A DNA stretch of 52,970 nucleotides from Actinomycetota bacterium. Lineage in GTDB: Bacteria; Actinomycetota; Acidimicrobiia; Spongiisociales; UBA4744. The stretch lies in NCBI GenBank assembly GCA_013152275.1, contig JAADGS010000026.1, positions 124,001 to 176,970 on the forward strand, given 5' to 3'. The notes beneath the pieces were generated by a model. The model made no database searches. It was given only the letters and a program-made list of their open reading frames with translations, and was not told the DNA's origin. The translations under genes were made by a program, and so were the position numbers. Below, one piece after another: positions 49,504 to 52,970 of the stretch; the first letter of the stretch is position 1; every line of letters begins with the position of its first letter.

Positions 49504-50954
49504 CCAATGACACGTGTGGCGTTGGAACGTTCTCGGATCCGTCATCCGGCGGAAAGAGGGATCGAAGTGGCGGCTCGAGCCCCAAAGTAGCGGTTGTCCT
49601 CATCGGCGCATGGCTGACGGCTGTGTTGATGCTGGTGGGCCTGCGCGCGTGGGAGTTCTACGCGGCGGGCTTCGATCTGGGAGTCTTCGTACAGGCGTTC
49701 CGGACCATGATGTTGCATGGGCCGTTCGCCACGATTCCGATGCTTGGTCAAACATTCTTGGAAGATCACTTCTCCCCTCTTGCTCTGCCGCTGGTGCTCC
49801 TGGCCCGATCATCTGCATTGCCTTATCTGCTGCTGGCCGTGCAGACAGGAATGGTTGCTCTTGCGGGGCTCTTCATCTGGAGAATCGCAGTTCGAGGTGG
49901 TAGCCGCCGGCCGCTGCTCCACCTTCTGGGGTTCTTGCTCGCTCCCGTGGTGGTCGGAGCGGTATGGAGCGATTTCCACGTGTCTGTCCTCGCGGCGCCG
50001 TTTCTGGTCCTGATGCTTGACGGTCTCCACACAGGCGCAGACCGGAGGGTTCTGTGGGCGGGTTCGGCTGCGGCCCTCATGAGGGAAGACATCGCGCTTG
50101 TCGTACTGATCGCCATCCTGGTGTGGCGACCGAGTCCTCGCATGTGGCCCCTGATCATCTTGGCCGGTTTGTCCGTGGCCGGTGGCGTGCTGTTAGGTGG
50201 TCCGAACTGGTTCGTGGAGAGTGGTACGAGGTATCTCGGGGCAACGGACACTCCAATCCGGAGTGCTCTCGCCGTGGCGTGGGACTCCGGCAGGCTGTTG
50301 CCGTTGGTGCTGTTCCTCGTGATGCCTTGGGTGTTCCTGGGTCACATCGGATGGCGATCCTGGGCGGTTGCCACGGTGTTGTTCATCCCCCTCGCTTTTC
50401 TCGACCTTCCTGTGCTCGATCACGTCGGCTCTCACTATTACCTCCCGCTTGGAATTGTCTTGGCCGTCGGCGCTGCACGAGGTGGTGAGCGGTTCGTACC
50501 CTCCCTGCGTTGGGTGTCGTACGCCGCCGTTGCCCTGGCTCTCGTCGTCGGTCCACTCGTATTCGGAATCTCGGGCTATCAAGACGTTCCGGCGTGGCGT
50601 GTGGCCAAGGTGGCCATGCAAGATGCATCTTCCGTCGCCTCTGTGCACGCGTGGGTCAACTCGTTGGCTCTTGGAGAATCCGTCTCGGCCGTGAACTCCC
50701 TGGTGCCCTGGATCGAGGCGACCGATGGCGTCTGGGTGTGGCCTTCGCCGTTACGGGATGTGGTGTTCGCGAAGCAGGCGCAGACACCGATCGTACGTGC
50801 TGATCCGAGTGCTTGGGTGACGGATGTGATCGCACCTGTGAGCGAGGATTCCCGGCTGGGTCCGACCGGAGAAGCGATTGGACTCGGCAAGCTTGGTTTT
50901 GTTCGCAGGTCGGTTTCGCCGCTTGGTAGCTTCGTGTGGTGGCAGAGGCCATGA
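49500..50954 (+). CDS. DUF2079-like membrane protein (putative GT-C fold)
   Basis: [24 protein letters not shown]; multi-TM; start approximate. Confidence 0.72.
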   Translation: MTNDTCGVGTFSDPSSGGKRDRSGGSSPKVAVVLIGAWLTAVLMLVGLRAWEFYAAGFDLGVFVQAFRTMMLHGPFATIPMLGQTFLEDHFSPLALPLVLLARSSALPYLLLAVQTGMVALAGLFIWRIAVRGGSRRPLLHLLGFLLAPVVVGAVWSDFHVSVLAAPFLVLMLDGLHTGADRRVLWAGSAAALMREDIALVVLIAILVWRPSPRMWPLIILAGLSVAGGVLLGGPNWFVESGTRYLGATDTPIRSALAVAWDSGRLLPLVLFLVMPWVFLGHIGWRSWAVATVLFIPLAFLDLPVLDHVGSHYYLPLGIVLAVGAARGGERFVPSLRWVSYAAVALALVVGPLVFGISGYQDVPAWRVAKVAMQDASSVASVHAWVNSLALGESVSAVNSLVPWIEATDGVWVWPSPLRDVVFAKQAQTPIVRADPSAWVTDVIAPVSEDSRLGPTGEAIGLGKLGFVRRSVSPLGSFVWWQRP

Positions 50955-52519
50955 GTCGTCGCACTTCGAAGATTTCGGGTCGGTTTCGCGGAGTTGCCGG
51001 ATCGTTGGACAAAGTCGGAGATGACTGCCCTACCGGGCCGAGGTCGCGTAAACCGTGGCTCGTTCGTCCTTTGGGGCCGGAGCACTTCATTCTTCTCTCC
51101 ACCTTGGCCGCGACCGTCGGGTTCACGGTGGTGAGTGCCGTCAAGTTTGCCTCGTTTCGCTACGGGTTCGACACCGCGGTTGTCTTGAACGTGTTATGGC
51201 GCCTCGCGCACGGCTATGACAGCGTGACAGCTCTCACTGGATTCGCCCACCTGTCTGATCACCCCTCGTTGCTTCTGCTTACGCTCGTGCCGTTGACTCG
51301 ATTGGCCGGCCCTTGGATACCACAGTTGCTCTTCGCTCTGCAGGCGCTGTCCACGGCGATGGTCGCCTGGTCTGTATGGCGGCTGGCTCGTGCTCGTGGC
51401 CTCGACATGGGCGTTTCGGTGAGCTTGTACCTCGTCACGCTGCTCGGCGCAGGTAGCTGGTTCGCAGCCACGGGGGAGTTCCATATCGTGGACCTTGCTC
51501 TCGGCCCACTGGCGGCAGTCGCGGCGAACCACGCACTCGACCGTCCCGGAAGAGCTGTCTTTTGGGCGGCTGTCGCGGCTTCGGCTCGTATCGAAATCGC
51601 GGTCGTGATCATCATCATGGGTCTCGTCATACTGAGAGAGAAGCGTCGCTCGGGCTTCTCGCTGATGGGCGTCGGTGCCGTGGTCGGCACGGTGCTGATG
51701 GTCATAGGAAGTCTCTCGAACGGCGGAGGAGTGAGCTTTGCCGCTCATCTGGGTCATCTTGGCTCGTCACCGATCGAGGCACTGGGGACCATTGCTCGGC
51801 ATCCTTTCGAGCTGTTCAGACCGCTTGGGAATCCGATCATGTTGATCGCCCTGTTCTTCTGGTTGGCGTCGTTCGCCGCACTTCCGGTCGTTCTGGGCGG
51901 ACGTTGGCTGCTGCCCGCGCTGCCGATGCTCGCGATCCCGATGCTCGGCACGTGGACGCCTGCCGACTGGTACTTCGAGCACTACTGGCATGTGCTGCTC
52001 GTCTTCGGTGCAGTGGCGGCGGTCGAGGGCCTGCTCAGGCTCCGGGCTTCACCAAAGACGTTGTCTTTGCTTCTCGTGGGATCGAGCCTTGTCGTTTGGG
52101 TGGCCTTTGGACCGCTGAGTCCCCACATGCCAGTGGGCTGGCGGCTGGATCTGGCAAGACCTGATCCGGCCGCGACCGAGGTGGCACTGCACGTGCCGCC
52201 TTCAGAGTCTCTTTCCGTACCGCTCAACCTGGCGCCCTCATTCGCGCTGCGACGCAGTATCACATTCTTCCCGAGACCCTTCTCGTGCGAGGGGACCGAG
52301 TCCCTGCTTCCTGGGCTTCTTGCTCCGGGTGCAGAGCCACCTGAGACGGTTGTAGCAACGGACGGGTGGCCGCCGCAAGATGATGGCGTGTGGGCAGCTT
52401 TGAGGAACCACTACCGGCTCGGCTTTACAGTGGGAGAGTACGGCGTGTGGCAACTCCAGGACAGAGTTGGCGCCTCCACACTTGCCGTCGACTGCTACTC
52501 GGGCGAACCTGAACCGTGA
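50951..52519 (+). CDS. DUF2079-like membrane protein, diverged paralog
   Basis: FDTAV, HLSDHPS, EFH, ARIE, HYW; ATGA overlap with the previous gene. Confidence 0.68.
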   Translation: MSRRTSKISGRFRGVAGSLDKVGDDCPTGPRSRKPWLVRPLGPEHFILLSTLAATVGFTVVSAVKFASFRYGFDTAVVLNVLWRLAHGYDSVTALTGFAHLSDHPSLLLLTLVPLTRLAGPWIPQLLFALQALSTAMVAWSVWRLARARGLDMGVSVSLYLVTLLGAGSWFAATGEFHIVDLALGPLAAVAANHALDRPGRAVFWAAVAASARIEIAVVIIIMGLVILREKRRSGFSLMGVGAVVGTVLMVIGSLSNGGGVSFAAHLGHLGSSPIEALGTIARHPFELFRPLGNPIMLIALFFWLASFAALPVVLGGRWLLPALPMLAIPMLGTWTPADWYFEHYWHVLLVFGAVAAVEGLLRLRASPKTLSLLLVGSSLVVWVAFGPLSPHMPVGWRLDLARPDPAATEVALHVPPSESLSVPLNLAPSFALRRSITFFPRPFSCEGTESLLPGLLAPGAEPPETVVATDGWPPQDDGVWAALRNHYRLGFTVGEYGVWQLQDRVGASTLAVDCYSGEPEP

Positions 52520-52736
52520 GCGGTCTATGGGATTGAGCCTGGCCTCCACAGGCGTGAAGCCAAAGAAGCGTTTTCATGCCCAACGGAGTTTCTCGTTTTG
52601 CAGTTGAGGCATCGTAGCGCAGCATGCATTTCAGGAGCGGCGACGAGTTGAAGTTCTGCGGCGAGTTTGCGCATCAGAGCGGGTTGCTTTTCGAGGAACT
52701 TGGTTGTGGTGGTCGTACCCGACGGGTTACGGAATA

Positions 52737-52764
52737 GCGCCAGGACGACGCGTCGTCCTGGCGC
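52737..52764. repeat. Perfect 28-bp palindrome
   Basis: GCGCCAGGACGACGCGTCGTCCTGGCGC equals its own reverse complement. Confidence 0.9.
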
Positions 52765-52771
52765 CGGTATC

Positions 52772-52785
52772 CGAACGTATGTTCT
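52772..52785. promoter_or_regulatory. LexA SOS box upstream of uvrA
   Basis: CGAAC-GTAT-GTTCT matches the Gram-positive GAAC-N4-GTTC box; TACACT -10 at 52799-52804. Confidence 0.8.
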
Positions 52786-52831
52786 GTCTGAGTGCTAGTA
52801 CACTCCGGGCTCCAGTCCGAGAACACAGGTC

Positions 52832-52970
52832 ATGTCCACCGATCGCATCCTCATTCGCGGCGCGCGCGAGCACAACCTCAAGAACCTCACGCTGGAGCTG
52901 CCGCGAAACAAACTGATCGTCTTCACCGGCATCTCCGGGTCGGGGAAATCGTCACTGGCGTTCGACACGA
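52832..52970 (+). CDS. uvrA: Excinuclease ABC subunit A (3'-truncated by window edge)
   Basis: [46 protein letters not shown]. Confidence 0.97.
   Translation, partial: MSTDRILIRGAREHNLKNLTLELPRNKLIVFTGISGSGKSSLAFDT

Overview
High-GC actinobacterial chromosome segment, Acidimicrobiia-like by gene content and order (inference), with one assembly gap at 29771-29848. Mostly core genes: end of the dcw cluster (murB-ftsQ-ftsZ-pgeF-yggS-sepF-yggT-divIVA), ileS, DUF167, DksA/TraR-lspA-rluA, a DUF2090 aldolase-like gene with two phosphofructokinases, dnaE, an ArsA/Get3-like ATPase pair, tandem-domain thyX, nth, transporters, ccdA, an OmpR-type two-component system, a GT87-like gene, tRNA-Leu(CAA), polA and rpsA, then coaE, uvrB and uvrA (partial). 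Between rpsA and coaE sits a Tad/Flp pilus locus: cpaB-cpaE-tadA-VWA::tadB-tadC, a translationally coupled GT-C-like membrane protein, two Flp pilins (one missing from the ORF track) and a NarL-type two-component system. Two DUF2079-like membrane proteins lie between uvrB and uvrA. The best leads are a possible Flp-pilin glycosylation system, a ~93-nt rod-shaped candidate sRNA with a C-rich loop and its own -10 box, a structured 5' leader on the tad operon, an aldolase/PPi-Pfk/ATP-Pfk operon, and several families of intergenic repeats. All family calls come from motif recognition by eye; no searches were run.
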